This document shows, piece by piece, positions 29,863 to 45,580 of a stretch of 64,000 nt of DNA. The DNA comes from the human T2T-CHM13v2.0 reference genome, Homo sapiens. Both the position numbers and the translations under genes were made by a program. Position 1 is the first letter of the stretch, and every line of letters begins with the position of its first letter. Where the stretch lies: the NCBI RefSeq assembly GCF_009914755.1, contig NC_060930.1, one strand, 5' to 3'. The notes below the pieces were generated by a model that saw only the letters and a program-made list of their open reading frames with translations, was not told the DNA's origin and ran no database searches.

Positions 29863-30586
29863 TAGAGCTTTCTGCCTCCTTCATTAACTTGCTTGATGAT
29901 TCCTGAGTGTTGCCATTGTCCCTAAGACCACACTCAGCTTATCTGAGTCTCATGTGTTAGACACTGAACAAATGGTGATACTGCAGGTAAATCACACATC
30001 TCATTAAGAAACCACAATATTAGCACTACAGCAAGAAGCGAAAGATCATTGGTATCTACCAGTAGTAGAAAACACATTTCATGCTGACTAGATTAACTGT
30101 GTGATGTTTGGACAAATTTGTTATGATAGAGAAAATGACTTCTGTAACCCTATAGATTGTCCAGTGATTTAGTCATTTCAAATAATGAATTCACACTTTG
30201 CACTACTGAAACAATTTTCCCTTATTATTTCAAAGCAGTCTTAAGTTTAAAGCTGTGTTTTTAAGAAAATACGGTTTTCTTTCAAATTCACATCATAAGT
30301 TAACTGTTAACTCCATAGAGGGCCTTGCATTAATAACGACATAAAAATGTATTGCCATTTAATCGTGTCAATATGGAATGTAGATTGGTAGTTTTAAAAC
30401 ACCAAAAAAATCTTTCTCAGCAAGCAAATTTCTATCCTCCTTAAAACACTTGTTTAGTATTTTTTAAAAACAGTGTAAAGTTAAAATTTTATTAAAGGCA
30501 AATTGCCTAAATTCTTTAAGTTGAATTTAATAAAAATCAGGTCAACTAAAAATATACACATATATTTTGTTAGTAATAGAATTGTT

Positions 30587-30685
30587 GTTTTATTTCAATA
30601 GGCTTTTGCGGGAACAGGCGGTATTTGGTTACATGAATAAATTTTTTCGTGGTGATTTCTGAGATTTTAGTGTACTTATCACCCT
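30587..30685 (-). mobile_element. L1PB-type 3' end fragment
   Basis: tttatttcaatagg...gtatttggttacatgaataa...gtggtgatttctgagatttt. Confidence 0.7.
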
Positions 30686-31072
30686 AAAAGTACATTTTTA
30701 TATGTGTATTTGTGTGTGAATGTGGTTTTTATATGTATGAATGTATTTACTGATCATAGAGTTGTTTACTAATGTAAGCATTTATTCTTAACCTGGTGTT
30801 TTTTTTTCAAGCTTATGATGTCTTTCGGTAGCTGTTAATTTAGAGTAGTCTTTGGAAATTGCTTGCTAGAGCTTTTCAAACACACCAAGAGGCTAATATT
30901 TCCTCTGTTGAGTGAAAGTATGAATTGGGTAAGCTGTACACAGTGATTCCTTGGCAGATGTTCCTAAATTACATGCATCTTTTTGAGAAAGTTTTGCACA
31001 GTTGACTGCCAGTCAGCGGGCCATCCTGACCAACCTGAGTCTGCCTGATGATTTCCCATGCTGCTGTTCTAG

Positions 31073-31240
31073 GGATTTTAGTCTTTCAGTTGAAGAGGAG
31101 GCCACCAGACCACATCCCAAAGAAAACCAAGAAACACTTGGAAGGCAAGACACCCAAGGGAAAGGAGAGAGCTGACGGGTCTGGCTATGGCTCCACCCTT
31201 CCTCCGGAGAAGCTGCCCTATTTAGTAGAGTTAAGCCCAG
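31073..31240 (+). CDS. AFDN: AFDN exon 8 (168 nt), RA2 end: GILVFQLKRRPPDH...LPYLVELSP
   Basis: gttctag acceptor; CAG|gtgaga donor; inside ORF 31048..31275. Confidence 0.96.
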
Positions 31241-31613
31241 GTGAGAAAACTGGTCACACCAGCACACATTATTAATGTGCATTTTTAGCTTCAAATCTTT
31301 GTACTTTCTAATGCATCTTCAAGTAGTCTTCTGTTGGCTGACTTAACATTTTTAGCCATTTATTTTTTTAAAAGTAACTCTCATAACATTTATTTCTCTT
31401 AAATTATTAAAACTTAAGGTTGTAAAATATGTATATGTTTACATAAAAATGGTTCACATGGACAAAGATGAGTATTCAGAAACCAAATTTAGTGTATGGA
31501 CAATTTTAAATTATTTTAATCCCTAAAATTTTTTTTTCCAAGATAACTTTAGTAAAATAGTTACTCTACCAACAATGACAAATTGGTATTTACCTAGGGC
31601 AGATTTCATAAAG

Positions 31614-31616
<3 letters not shown>

Positions 31617-31666
<50 letters not shown>
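31617..31666. repeat. (TG)25 microsatellite
   Basis: Perfect dinucleotide run. Confidence 0.97.
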
Positions 31667-31667
<1 letters not shown>

Positions 31668-34076
31668 CTGTTGTTTCTGATGCATGGACAGTGTCTAAAA
31701 AGAATATCTTTAAATTTTATATCTAAGAAACCCATCTTAGTAAGAGGAAGGCTATTTGATTTTAAAGTAACAGACTACATTTATTTTCACATGAGTCCTC
31801 TAAGTGTTTTTTTTGTAGAACTCTTAATACACTAAAGCTGTCGTTTCAGGTTAGCCATTGAGTAGAGAAATACGTGGGCATTCTTAAGGAAATGTTTTAC
31901 ACACACATTCCTAGGTAGAGTGTATATTTGCACATATGTATGCTGTGCATGGCTGTACATGACATTTATCATTCAGTTAACATTACTTCATTTCTTATTT
32001 CATTATTAAATGCTATTATGTGACCTGCATTATACAATACTGTGAAGATCAGAGTGGTGCACCCCCATCCCAAGCTGCATCAAAAGAAAGCCCGAGTAGT
32101 AATCACAGAGCAAATTAGCAGAAAATTGAACCAGTTATGTGTATGATATATGGCTCCATGAATGTGAATTACATTTTTTCTTCTTTGATTTTTGAGAGTT
32201 TATTTTTATTTGCAAGGTTTGTTTAGTTTCTTACAGCTAGGTTATTGCAATTAACTAATGATTACATACGATATTTGTTGTCCAGCAGTCTCATGGTACC
32301 GTAGGTTATATAAATACAGGAAGTGATGGTATCATTTTGATGCCACAGTTAGTGGCAGTGTGGCTTTAGGTAGTAGCTTTTATACCTAATTATGCTTCAG
32401 GACTTTAAAAAAATCAATTGATTAGCTATTTGTGAGGAATATATTGGTGTTGCTAACCTCAGTTCTCTGGGTGGAAAGTTTACTTGAAGCTTTATTATCT
32501 CACTGTAGTTTGGAAACACATCCCAGTATTGTTGTGTGTCTATAATGTGTGTGAGAGCATTGATGTTTGGTTGTCTGAGGTAATGAATGGCAACTATGAA
32601 GCAGCCATTAGTTTTTGAACTTAAAATTTTTTAGGCTCTTTTTTGGGTATTGGGTCTGCCCTTTAAAATTTTATATTAAATTCTAGAAACTAATGATTGT
32701 TTTCTCCAAATCCAAATTTTTGAGGATCTAAGAGTGTTGAGTTCTGAGAGAAATTAATAAATAGCAGCTGACAGAATAATTTTCAGATGAGTAATGGACA
32801 GTTTATTTTGGTAGATAGCAGAGACAGGATGAGGATTCATTCATTCACGCATGCATTTGATAAATATTGATTGAATACTTGTGTGTCATACCGTGTTCTG
32901 GGCCTTGGAGGTAGAGCACCAAAACAGATTAAACCCCTTCACCTTGGGGATTTCTCTTCTAGTGAGAATTGTTATTTCGACTGCTTCTTTCATACTTATA
33001 GTCTCTCAGGTAATCAAATACATAGAATTTTTTTTTGTAGGTGTGGAGTAGATCACAGTTCTGTACTACTTTTCACCAAATATTGGCAACAGCATTTGTT
33101 ACATGGTTATTAATACACTGCATCCCTCATGGCACTCTGCTGCCTTCAGTCAGCATTCACTGACCCTTCTACTTTAGGCAAAACAATGGATACAAAAGGA
33201 TTAAGTTCCTTCCCGCCTTCAGGTAATTCACACAGTGGGAGGGAATCACAGTGCCATGTGACAAGTGACTCTGCCTCTAGTCCCGACTTCTCCTGAGCCC
33301 TGTGCCTGTGGGATAGCTTAACTTGTTCCACAAATGTCTGAAGTTCAGGTCTGGTGCCACTATTTTAAGGGTGACCTAAGGGTTGGTGGCAGGCCTGAAT
33401 GCAAGGCCAGGGTCTTCCCTGCACCAAAGCCATGTTCTTTCACTAAGTCATGATATCGTTTTAGGTTTTCATTATTATGCATTGCTCACAGTCAGCATGC
33501 TGAATGAAATTGATCTATTTTCCATTTATGAGAAAATAATATTCATACATAATGATTTGTTATGAATGGATAAGTACTGTATTTCCCCTGGGCACATTGT
33601 CAGCCAAGCATTATATACTCAATGCTGAGGTTCTGCTGGGTGTGGTTAGGAGTTTTTTTGAGATGTGGTCATGAGCTCAGCATTGTCTTTTGGAGAAATG
33701 GGGAGAAATACATTATTTCGTTCTTTGCTTTGGATTTGAATGTGTTCTTTAAACAGAAGAAATCAGCCCAGTGGGGTGGTAGCCCTCTGTATGATTAACT
33801 CACTGTTGCTGTCCTGCTGCTTGGTGACTCACCTGTTGTCCTGTGGTTTCCCTTAACAGTCTGCATTGGTTTCTAAAACACTGACTGGGGCACTAGTATA
33901 GTCTTGTCCTCACAAAAGCTGATGGGTGAAGTGTACCTTTTCTTCCTTTGAAACGTGTCTCACTGAAGTTCACCCTCTGCGTCTCTTCTCCTCCTTCCCT
34001 ATTCCGCGTGTTCTGCATGGTCTCTCTCCTGCTGATGCTGCCTTCACCTGGGTCCTGGCATGTGTCTTAACCCCAG

Positions 34077-34121
34077 GGAGAAGGAATCACTTTGCCTACT
34101 ACAACTATCACACTTACGAAG
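34077..34121 (+). CDS. AFDN: AFDN 45-nt cassette exon 9: GRRNHFAYYNYHTYE
   Basis: ccccag acceptor, AAG|gtaatg donor, symmetric phase 1-1; peptide recalled from long afadin isoforms. Confidence 0.92.
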
Positions 34122-36534
34122 GTAATGCTATGCTTACTACTACTTTTATAACTAAAGCACTAATAGAACCTCATGGGCAGAATAGTGTTGAATGACCAAA
34201 TATCTTATGTATCAGTTTTTTAGTTGATATAAATAACCTATTTTAAGAAATTTAATGTACTGTCATTTTATTTGTACCTAGTAAGTTTCCATATCTAGAA
34301 CTCATTTCATTTACTGGAAGCTTGTTTTGTGTCTTTATTTTCCCAGGTTCACCCTGGGAAGGAACTGGAGGCAAAAGCAGCAATGGCTGTGGAGGGATGC
34401 TGGGGAGTAAAGACAGAGTGCTGTTTCAAAGCACTCGTTGGGCGGTGCTCAGCCAGTCTGCCTCCCTTCATCTGTAGAATAGGAAAACTTTCTGGTAGCA
34501 GTGCTGTTACTGTCTGTTGTGGGGTTACTTAGATTTGTCTCTGCTCTTCAAGGTGCTCCAGATTTATTGTCATTATCTACGGGGAAGAAAGAGACTCAGG
34601 CACTTTGGGCAGAAATTGACTATTTGTAGAATACTTGTTGAGGAAGGGGAGAAAATTTGGGATTTTTGTTTTTGGCAACGGTTTTATATGTTACTCCCTG
34701 TGAGATAACTGTCCTTCTAATTTGGAGAGGGAATGGACTACTGCACTCTCCCTTTCCTCCCCAGCTCAAACCAAACATCCCTTTATCCACTGAATCCTGT
34801 GGCCACCATTTAGGTTCTTCAAAATCTGTAACAGCTTTAACTATGGTTTCCTATTATTACTGTGAAGTAATAAGAGAGCCTGGGAAGGATGTTTATCTCT
34901 CTATCTGTTGACAAATTTCTATTACCATGGTGAGGTGAGGAGAAGGGAGAGACTGAGAAAGCAGCTTCTGTCTCTCCCTTTCTCTGTTTTGAAATCTGTT
35001 GATGTAGAAAGGTGTGTGATAGCTCTTTATTGTCTCACAAGAGACCTTTCAGAAGCATTCAGAATTCGGAAGAATATGAATGTGAATTTTTCTTTCATCT
35101 CTAAACACATTTTTCATGTTCTGTTTTTAACTTTGCGTTGAAATGTTCTTGTTTCACACATGATTACTTATTTACTGCTTTTGCTTTCTTTATAATTTAT
35201 TTGTGTCATTTCTCTGTGACTATATTGCATTCAGTTTTCTTTATTTTTATATAAGTATTCACTGCTGACACATCAAGTCTTTATTGATTGCTAACTATGG
35301 ACCGTATGTGGAGTGATCAGTGCCAGGGTAAAAATTTTTTTTTTTTTTTAAACCTAGCCACCAGGGAGCTCAGAGATGAGGGAGATAAGTAGATGGAAAT
35401 CATCATACGATATGGTTAGTGGTACAATTAATGTAACAGATGGGGTGCTCTGGGAGTAGATAAGGGGGACACATTTCTTAACTAGGGGGGTTCATTAGAA
35501 CTGCCTTTGGTGGTTAAAACACACAAAATAGTAAACATTACTGGAGGATTTGGACTCAGCAGGTCTAGAAGGGAGCTACCTATGTCCAGGAAAAGCCCCA
35601 GATGATTTTGATGTCTTGTTCAGATCAGGACTTTAGAGCAGTTAGAGTTGAAAATAAATGTTTCAACACGATGTGAAGCAGCACAGATGATGAACAATTT
35701 CTTAATGGGTGTTAGGCATTAGTGTCTCTCAGGTACTTCAGTCTCATCTTACCTTTACTCGATGTCACAGATTTCTGAAGTATTTCAGAAATAGAAAATT
35801 TTGTCATTAGAATGTAACTTTGTGTACCCTAAAATTAACATCAGTTCTAACAGGACTTGCATTTTTATGGTGTCTTTTGTCTGTGAGAGTTTAGCGGTAC
35901 CACTGCTGAGAGATTTTAGCAGTCTCAAACTCTGTGCACGCTCATACTCCAAACTGTTTAACGTGTGAAACTCTCAAAGCTTACGTTCCTAATTGCAGTG
36001 ACTAGAGATTTTAACAGGTAATGGAATCAGCGGGTTTGAAAGTTATAAGGCACTCATAAAGCAGATCTTGGCGACTCTTACTGGTTTGGCCTTTTCCTAA
36101 GCTTTGGTGGGTGGTGTGCTTGCCACACTAGACTGACTGCCATGGCTATGGTGCAGGTGCTAAGCTCTGCAGTTACATCATCATTCATGGGTTCTGGAAG
36201 GCACATTTTCTCATATGTCAACTCTGAAATCAGAATACCTCATTTTTAGTTAAGGTAATGAAGTGACATTGTCCTCATCTGGGATACAGTAGGTGAAGAG
36301 TGAGAAAACATGTCTAGGTGTATTGGGACTAGAGGGCTTCGGCAGAGCAGCTTCCTCCTCCTCCTCACCCCTTCCCTGTCATGGAAACACATGCTCATAT
36401 AAATTAAACATTCCAACAGTTCATAAAGGTATAAAATGACAAAAAAAAAAAAAGCCAAAAAACCCAGTCTTCCTTTTACTCCAGTTCTACTCCAGGGAGC
36501 TAACCACTTTTAACAGTAATTCTTGATCAGTAAT

Positions 36535-36665
36535 GGACAGCAGAATTACTTGGGGTGATTTTTCAGAGGACACATGCTTAGGCCTCATCCCCAAGGATTT
36601 TCATCCAGGTCTGGGGAGCGCTATGAGAACTGCACATTTAAAAACCTCCGTCAGTGATTTAGCTG
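36535..36665. mobile_element. MER5-like hAT-Charlie fragment
   Basis: cagaattacttggg...aggcctcatcccc...ggtctgggg...tgcacatttaaaaacctcc. Confidence 0.45.
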
Positions 36666-37093
36666 TGCCCTCAACCTGTATTGTGTTGTGTGCCATAAGG
36701 GCAGCAAGAATACTGCAGGAAAGATCTGGTCCGAAGGGAAGGCCTGTGTGTCTTTGATGAGCTTCATATTGCTACTACAGTTGCTCCTCAGAATCATTAA
36801 CAAACGTCCAGGGCAGTGCGGTAGAGAAGCCTTTTTCAATGTAATAAGAATGTGGTGGAATTAATGCTAGTGTTAGCACTTTGTGTTAATCAGAAACTGA
36901 TACGTTTATTTCTTATTTTGAATTTTCTGTATCCAGTTTGTTAAATTGTGTTACATAAGTTTGGAGAATTCTTTGAAAAGAAATCCTGAGAAATGAGAAC
37001 TGTAGTGCCTGAGATAACCTTTTGTTTGTTGGAAATAACATGACAGTAATATTAGACTTTGCAAATAGAGCTGTCTTCCTTCTCTTCTCACAG

Positions 37094-37188
37094 ATGGTTC
37101 TGACTCTAGAGATAAGCCAAAGCTTTACCGCCTTCAGTTAAGTGTTACTGAAGTTGGGACAGAAAAGTTGGATGACAACTCTATCCAG
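37094..37188 (+). CDS. AFDN: AFDN exon 10 (95 nt), FHA start: DGSDSRDKPKLYRLQLSVTEVGTEKLDDNSIQ
   Basis: cttctcacag acceptor; CAG|gtacgt donor. Confidence 0.96.
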
Positions 37189-37831
37189 GTACGTAGTCTG
37201 AGCTTCCTGCTGCAACTCTGACATTCCAGGAGGCATAACGTATTGTACAGAGCCTGCCACATGGTAATGAAAGAAGGAATTATAATTACCGACTTTGTAT
37301 TTAAATATAAATAATTTATCTACTCTGGGTCACTTTTCTCTGCTTTAGTGTGGAAACAGCAGAATGTGAGTTTATGTTCAAGTTCCACCTCTAGAAATTT
37401 GGGCTGGTGATGACATTGCTCTGAAACTGCTTCCTTTTCTCTAAAAGATGGTGATGATACTTTTATAGGTCTATTTCAGGATTACAGGATATAACCTATG
37501 CAGAAGTGCTTATCACTGGAGGTCTGACCACATAGCATTAGGCATTCGGTAAATTCTAATTAAATTTAGCTTAATATGGTTCTCAAGTACTTAAAACAGA
37601 GCTTAACACATTATTTGAATAAATGAAGTCAGAATTTGTCACTTCTTTGAAGTTGAATTCAGGCGAATCACCCTTGCTCTGTACTTAGTTCTCAATTTGT
37701 AAGATGATGGGTTCAGATTGTTAATATCATTTTCAATTCTACCATTTCTTCTTTCTTAGCACAACACTAAAAATAATAATAGGAATCTTTAATGCTAATG
37801 ATCTGTTTAGATTTGTCCATTAACCATCTAA

Positions 37832-38154
<323 letters not shown>

Positions 38155-38415
38155 AACTGTATGCTTTTTAATGCAAAGTTACAGTATGCCTTAAGTCACT
38201 GGGTACTAAAAATAAAAGGTCTGATTGGTTTGACTTTTTTTTGACAGTTTAATTATTTTTATACTATTGAGGGAAATCCACTTTAAAAGGCACTAAAAAT
38301 CCAGAGCTTATTAGGTTATATTTGTCATAAAAGGGGTACTCACGGTTTTAACATTCTGTGTTTAAATGCTGTGAACTTCATGATGGGAGTTTCTTTGGTT
38401 TCCTTTGGTTTCCAG

Positions 38416-38678
38416 TTGTTTGGCCCAGGAATTCAGCCCCATCACTGTGACCTTACCAACATGGATGGAGTGGTCACTGTGACGCCCAGAAGTATGGACG
38501 CAGAAACCTACGTGGAAGGCCAGCGCATCTCAGAAACCACCATGCTGCAGAGTGGCATGAAAGTGCAGTTTGGGGCGTCCCATGTATTTAAGTTTGTGGA
38601 CCCCAGTCAGGATCATGCTCTTGCAAAAAGATCTGTGGATGGAGGCCTGATGGTTAAGGGCCCAAGACATAAACCTGG
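38416..38678 (+). CDS. AFDN: AFDN exon 11 (263 nt), FHA: LFGPGIQPHHCDL...GPRHKPG
   Basis: tttccag acceptor; GG|gtaaat donor; inside ORF 38371..38682. Confidence 0.97.
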
Positions 38679-41600
38679 GTAAATAGATTAACCCTAAGAT
38701 TTAAAATGTTTTGATTATACTTAAAGTAGTTCAGATTATTCATAGATATCTTGGCTTTTTATTTTTGTTTCAATTTTTAAAAAAATATCAAAGTGAAGTT
38801 TGTGATTTTGGTTCCTATTGTTAACTTGGGTTGGTTTTAGAGGAAAGAAGAAAGGTCTTGACTTTGTCTTAAAATTGGAATTTCTCACTGGTTTTAAATT
38901 GTTTATATTTAAACTTTGTTTTTTAGCCAGTATACTAAAACAGTACCTTTTCTTTTGTGAAAAAAACATGGTGTTCTTTGTAATTATTCAGTGTAACTAA
39001 GATTATAAAATTTTTTGAAGTATTCTTTTCTGTGACTGATAATGAAACACATTAAGATCTCTTAAGGAATTCAGAATATTTTAGCTCCACCTAGTGCTTT
39101 TCTGAAGACTTGCATTGTGGGCTTAGTAAGGGAAAACAGAAAGCCTTTCTTAATGACTATCTAGTAAAATTTTTTTGTAGGTAGGGAATATGACTTCTCC
39201 TTTGGTTTTACTTTTTAAAACATCCTGTTAAGCCACTTCATTGTCTATTTTTCATGCTGCTTAAAACAACTGAAAACTCCCCTAGATTGTAGGCTTTCTT
39301 CCTGAAGCACAGACATGAACCCGCGTGGTCTTCCCTGCTTGGCCTTTCCCATTGTTCTGTTCTACGGCATGCCTTTGATTAGCCACCCAGACCTTACACA
39401 TTGGGCCACATATGACTATTTAGAATTAATGTCTTTCTCCAAGATGAATACTTGGTGGGTTATCACATATATTTATTTGTAAAGTTCACAGCTGTTTAAG
39501 ATCCATCCCCAGCTGCTCACCTCACCTTGCACCCCAAGTGTCAGCAAATGACCATACCTGTGGCATCCAAGGAAACCAGCATGTGCTTTTCCTCCCTGCT
39601 TCCCAAGAAAATCCATTTCTTTCTAACACTTTCATCTTTAAACTAGTGTATTTAAACACCATCCTTCCATTCTTCACAGCTTTTAACTGTTTCTTTCTGA
39701 AGGTGATGTTTTTCATTGATCAGCCGTGTCCCTATTTCCTGTCCCTTGTCATTAGCTTTACATGGGCTCTTCCCTTCAGTAGCGAGTCATGATTTCATGC
39801 TTAGATGTTCATTTCAATCATCAACTTTTCTTCAGCCCTGTTTCTTCCCTTCAGCATCAAAAATCTTGATCTGGTATATCCTGACTCCCTGTTTATTTTT
39901 TAGGCTCACTGAGGTTTGTCCAAAGAGATTATGTATTGTCTGAAACAGTTTCTTCCGCTGTGTGTTACATGTGGTCTCTCAATAGTACCTGTAGTTATTG
40001 CCCTTATATACAAATGCCCTTTATTCTTGAGTTGTAATATATTTCTTGTGACATGTGTTACTCCTAGTGTTACTGTCCATCTCTGTTCTCTGTATAAACA
40101 CAATTCTAGTAGCAGCCTGTGTCCCACACCTAGTCTGCCCTTCGGTTTTGCTTGTAATGTTTTTATATGTGTGAGACAATCTCCTACTGTATTTTTGCCA
40201 TGTGGATCCTGCTTTGGAAGCCTGCAGATGTCTCTTCCTACCATATTTCTGGCCAGCAGCAGAGATCATTGAAGAACATGGCTTAGGTTTCAATGAGGAG
40301 AATGTGCTGTGAAATTTTGTTACTATTGTTAGGTATTTTTCTGGCAAATCTGGTAAAAGCTGCTTGGCGGCTGAACATACCATCCATAAATTAGAAAGGA
40401 CTCTTGTTTTTTTAGGAACATTAATTTTGCTCTAGTGTCAAACGATTGTGACAGATTCTGGCTAGATAACTCACATACCCTCCAATGCAGATTTCATAGT
40501 GTGTCTTCAAATCCTACTGATGGTTATAAACGAGTGGCAAAGTTTGATATTGATAGTTTGGGAATTTTAGGGCCTCCCGGTGATACACTGACTCATTAAC
40601 TGATTTGTTAATCTAGTTTACAATTATCAAGTACCCAGGGCATGAGCTACTATTCTCTGAATGCTGGGAGGAGCGACCCATGATTGTTACAGTCAAAGGC
40701 CATAGTTTGATAATTTCAAAGTCATATTATAAAGTCACTTTGGTTGGTCTTGTCCACATATCCAGCCTGCAGTAAAAATGAGCCATGTTAAAACTTGAAA
40801 GAGGTAGCTTTGGTGGGAAAAGTTAAAGAATTTTGCATGGTGGAAATTTGTTGTTCTAGGATGATAATTGTAAGTGGAATCAAGAAGGCTTTGATTCTAC
40901 TCACATACTACCCACAAGAGGAAGTTAGGGGTGGACACTGCTGTGTGCAGCTTTGGTAGGTGGCAGAGAAGCTGGCCTGCTGTCATTGTTACTCCTGTTG
41001 TCAGAGCCGATAGCTGGACTGAATCTCCCACTCAAACTGATGGGAGCCAGCAGGGCATTTCCATGTTTTTGTGAATATCTTGGTGATAGATTATGAGTAT
41101 TTAATTTCAGAATATTGGTAATATATTGCAGAAAGTTGTGTGCAGAAAATTGACAATTATTTGGCCTTTAGTAAAAACTTTTACTCTTTCAAAAGTTACT
41201 ATTTTAAAGCATGGTATTATTTTGCATTACAAAATGGTTTTATTTTCTTAGTGGTGAGATAGAGGAGAAATTTGTACCTGCTCTTCTAATCTGAAAAGTT
41301 GTTTTCAACTTTTACATTACTTCCTTGTTTCTTTCTATTGGTTGAGTGTAAATAAAAGTTTCCCATTACCATGCTGCTTTGAAATTAGACCATATATTAA
41401 TATTTTTCAAGTATTATAACGGGACATTTCATTCTTTTTAAATTATGTTTTGCAGAAATCCAGGAAATTTAAATACTAATTCATCCTTGTTGGTTTCCAG
41501 GTGTTTTTAGGGCTTTTTTTTGTGGAGGTGGGGAGGGCACTCTCCGATGAGCTGGGACCAGTGAGTTGCATTCACCCTTCATTTGTGCTGAAGAATGTAG

Positions 41601-42002
41601 TCGGTCCCAGCTTGTTAGACTCTTCAATCTTCATAATGAGATTTTGCTTATGAGTTAGGTTTTCAAAGTGACATATTTAGAAATTTTGATATTTTGAGAT
41701 ATTTGAAGAATCAGTTTAAACTAGGATAATTTTTGATTTGCATGCTAACATTATCAAAAATGTCCCACTTTTTAATTTGTAGCCTAAGTAGTGATACTCA
41801 TGTGCTTTACAAAAATAATCAGATTGACTTTCAAATAGGAGAGAAGCTCACCGCTGTTCCTCATGTGTCACTTTCCCTGTGTCCATAAATAGGGCCGCCG
41901 GCACTTCAACCTTGTACACCTCATTTATATGCCATTTGCTGCCTGGATAGACTTACATAATGAAATAACCTGGTTTTTTATGTTCCGTTTCTTGTATAGT
42001 TA

Positions 42003-42322
<320 letters not shown>

Positions 42323-42526
42323 GATACTGGGAATATTGAGTATATACCAGTAAAGAAAGTTCATAAGGTGGTTTTTTAATTCTGTAAGTTCGTGTGCTGA
42401 AAACAGAGCAATTTCTTAAAAATCTTTGACATTTGGTATTTTAGTTCTTCCTTGTGTATTAAGAAGAGACTATGCCTGTCATTGGAATGTTATTAAGTCA
42501 GTGTGTTTCTTGTTTTATCCCATCAG

Positions 42527-42596
42527 AATTGTTCAGGAGACAACTTTTGATTTGGGAGGAGATATTCATAGTGGGACAGCATTACCGACAAGCAAG
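42527..42596 (+). CDS. AFDN: AFDN exon 12 (70 nt): IVQETTFDLGGDIHSGTALPTSK
   Basis: cccatcag acceptor; AAG|gtaggt donor; inside ORF 42426..42653. Confidence 0.95.
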
Positions 42597-42656
42597 GTAG
42601 GTAATTATGGATTACCTGATAGAAGTGTGCTTGCTATAGGACACCATGGATGAATA

Positions 42657-43018
42657 CAGTAGTGGTGGGGGATGTGTTCCCCTTATTTGTGGGGGATGTG
42701 TTCCAAGACCACCAGTCAATGTCTGAAATCATAAATAGTACAGAGCCCTATGGATACTATGTTGTTTTCCTGTATATATGTACCTGTGATAAAGTTTAAT
42801 TTATAAAATAAGCACACTAAGACATTAACAACAATAACTGAAGATAAAATGGAACAATATATATTATAACAATATACTCAAATAAGAGGTATGTTAATTT
42901 GGTCTCTGTCTCCTCTCTCAAAATATCTTATTGTATTGTACTCACCTGTTTTCGGACTGCAGCTTACCACAGGTAGCTGAACTGTAGAAAGAGAAACTGC
43001 AGATAAGGGGGACTCCAG
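42657..43018. mobile_element. MER44A-type (Tigger7-derived) MITE
   Basis: TA|cagtagt...ccccttat and gataagggggactccag|TA termini; internal gataaagtttaatttataaa. Confidence 0.85.
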
Positions 43019-43364
43019 TAAACTGGTAATAGGTGCACTTATAAAACATCTTTGTAAAAACAGACTTCCCAGTGGCCCCAAATGTGGGTTGTCCTAATCT
43101 GCTGTGTTGTTTGTTAGTGATACATAAAAGAAAGTTACCAGATCTTTCTTTTCTCTAAGGCCAGGTTGAAGCAGAGCCTTCATGTTTGCTAGGCTTTCTC
43201 CTGTGTAGTTAGCCTTGCTCAGTCAGAGTACCCTTAATACACTCCTTTTATTAACCCTTCAGTTTAGGTACTAAATCCCATTCATCAGTTAACTTCTCAG
43301 ACACTTTGCTTCCATAATGATCCCTTATCTCTGGAATAATCAGTTCATTTCCTTTCTCATTTTC

Positions 43365-43775
43365 ATTCTCTATTACTGGATAACAAACCACTCCAAAACT
43401 TTGTGGCTAAACAGCAACCATTTTATTTGTTTACCATTGTGCAATCTGGTTTGAGCTCACCTGGGCAGTTTGTTTGCTGGTCTTGCTGGTGGTGACTGGT
43501 GTGACCACCTTCACCTAGAAGATCAGTTGGTAGCCAGTGGCTGGAGTGCAGGGCCCACTGACCCTCTCTCTGTGCTGTCTCACATTCTCTCCATGGGACC
43601 TTTAGCCCCATTGGGGCAGCCAGAAGTCGTAGTGTTGTGGGACCTCACAAGAACCACGGAGCTTCCAGGCCTTCTTGAATGTTAGGCCCAGAACTGACAC
43701 AACCCCGTTTCCTCCACCTTTCATTGGTTGAAGCAAATACAGGCCCAGTCCAGATTCAGGAGGAAGGCACTACTC
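43365..43775. mobile_element. MLT1 (ERVL-MaLR) solo LTR, old subfamily
   Basis: taacaaaccactccaaaact...ggcccagtccagattca motifs. Confidence 0.65.
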
Positions 43776-43829
43776 AAGGTGTGATTTATTGAATGCCATG
43801 GTGCCACAAACTCCTATGATCCTGGAGTG

Positions 43830-45580
<1,751 letters not shown>

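Noticed and set aside
31523-31835. HTHT/CVCV and ERER repeat peptides (also 18634)
   Set aside because: Microsatellite translations.
39906-40383. Three overlapping 112-120 aa ORFs on both strands
   Set aside because: No recognisable domain or splice context; Cys/Leu-rich composition typical of chance intronic ORFs.
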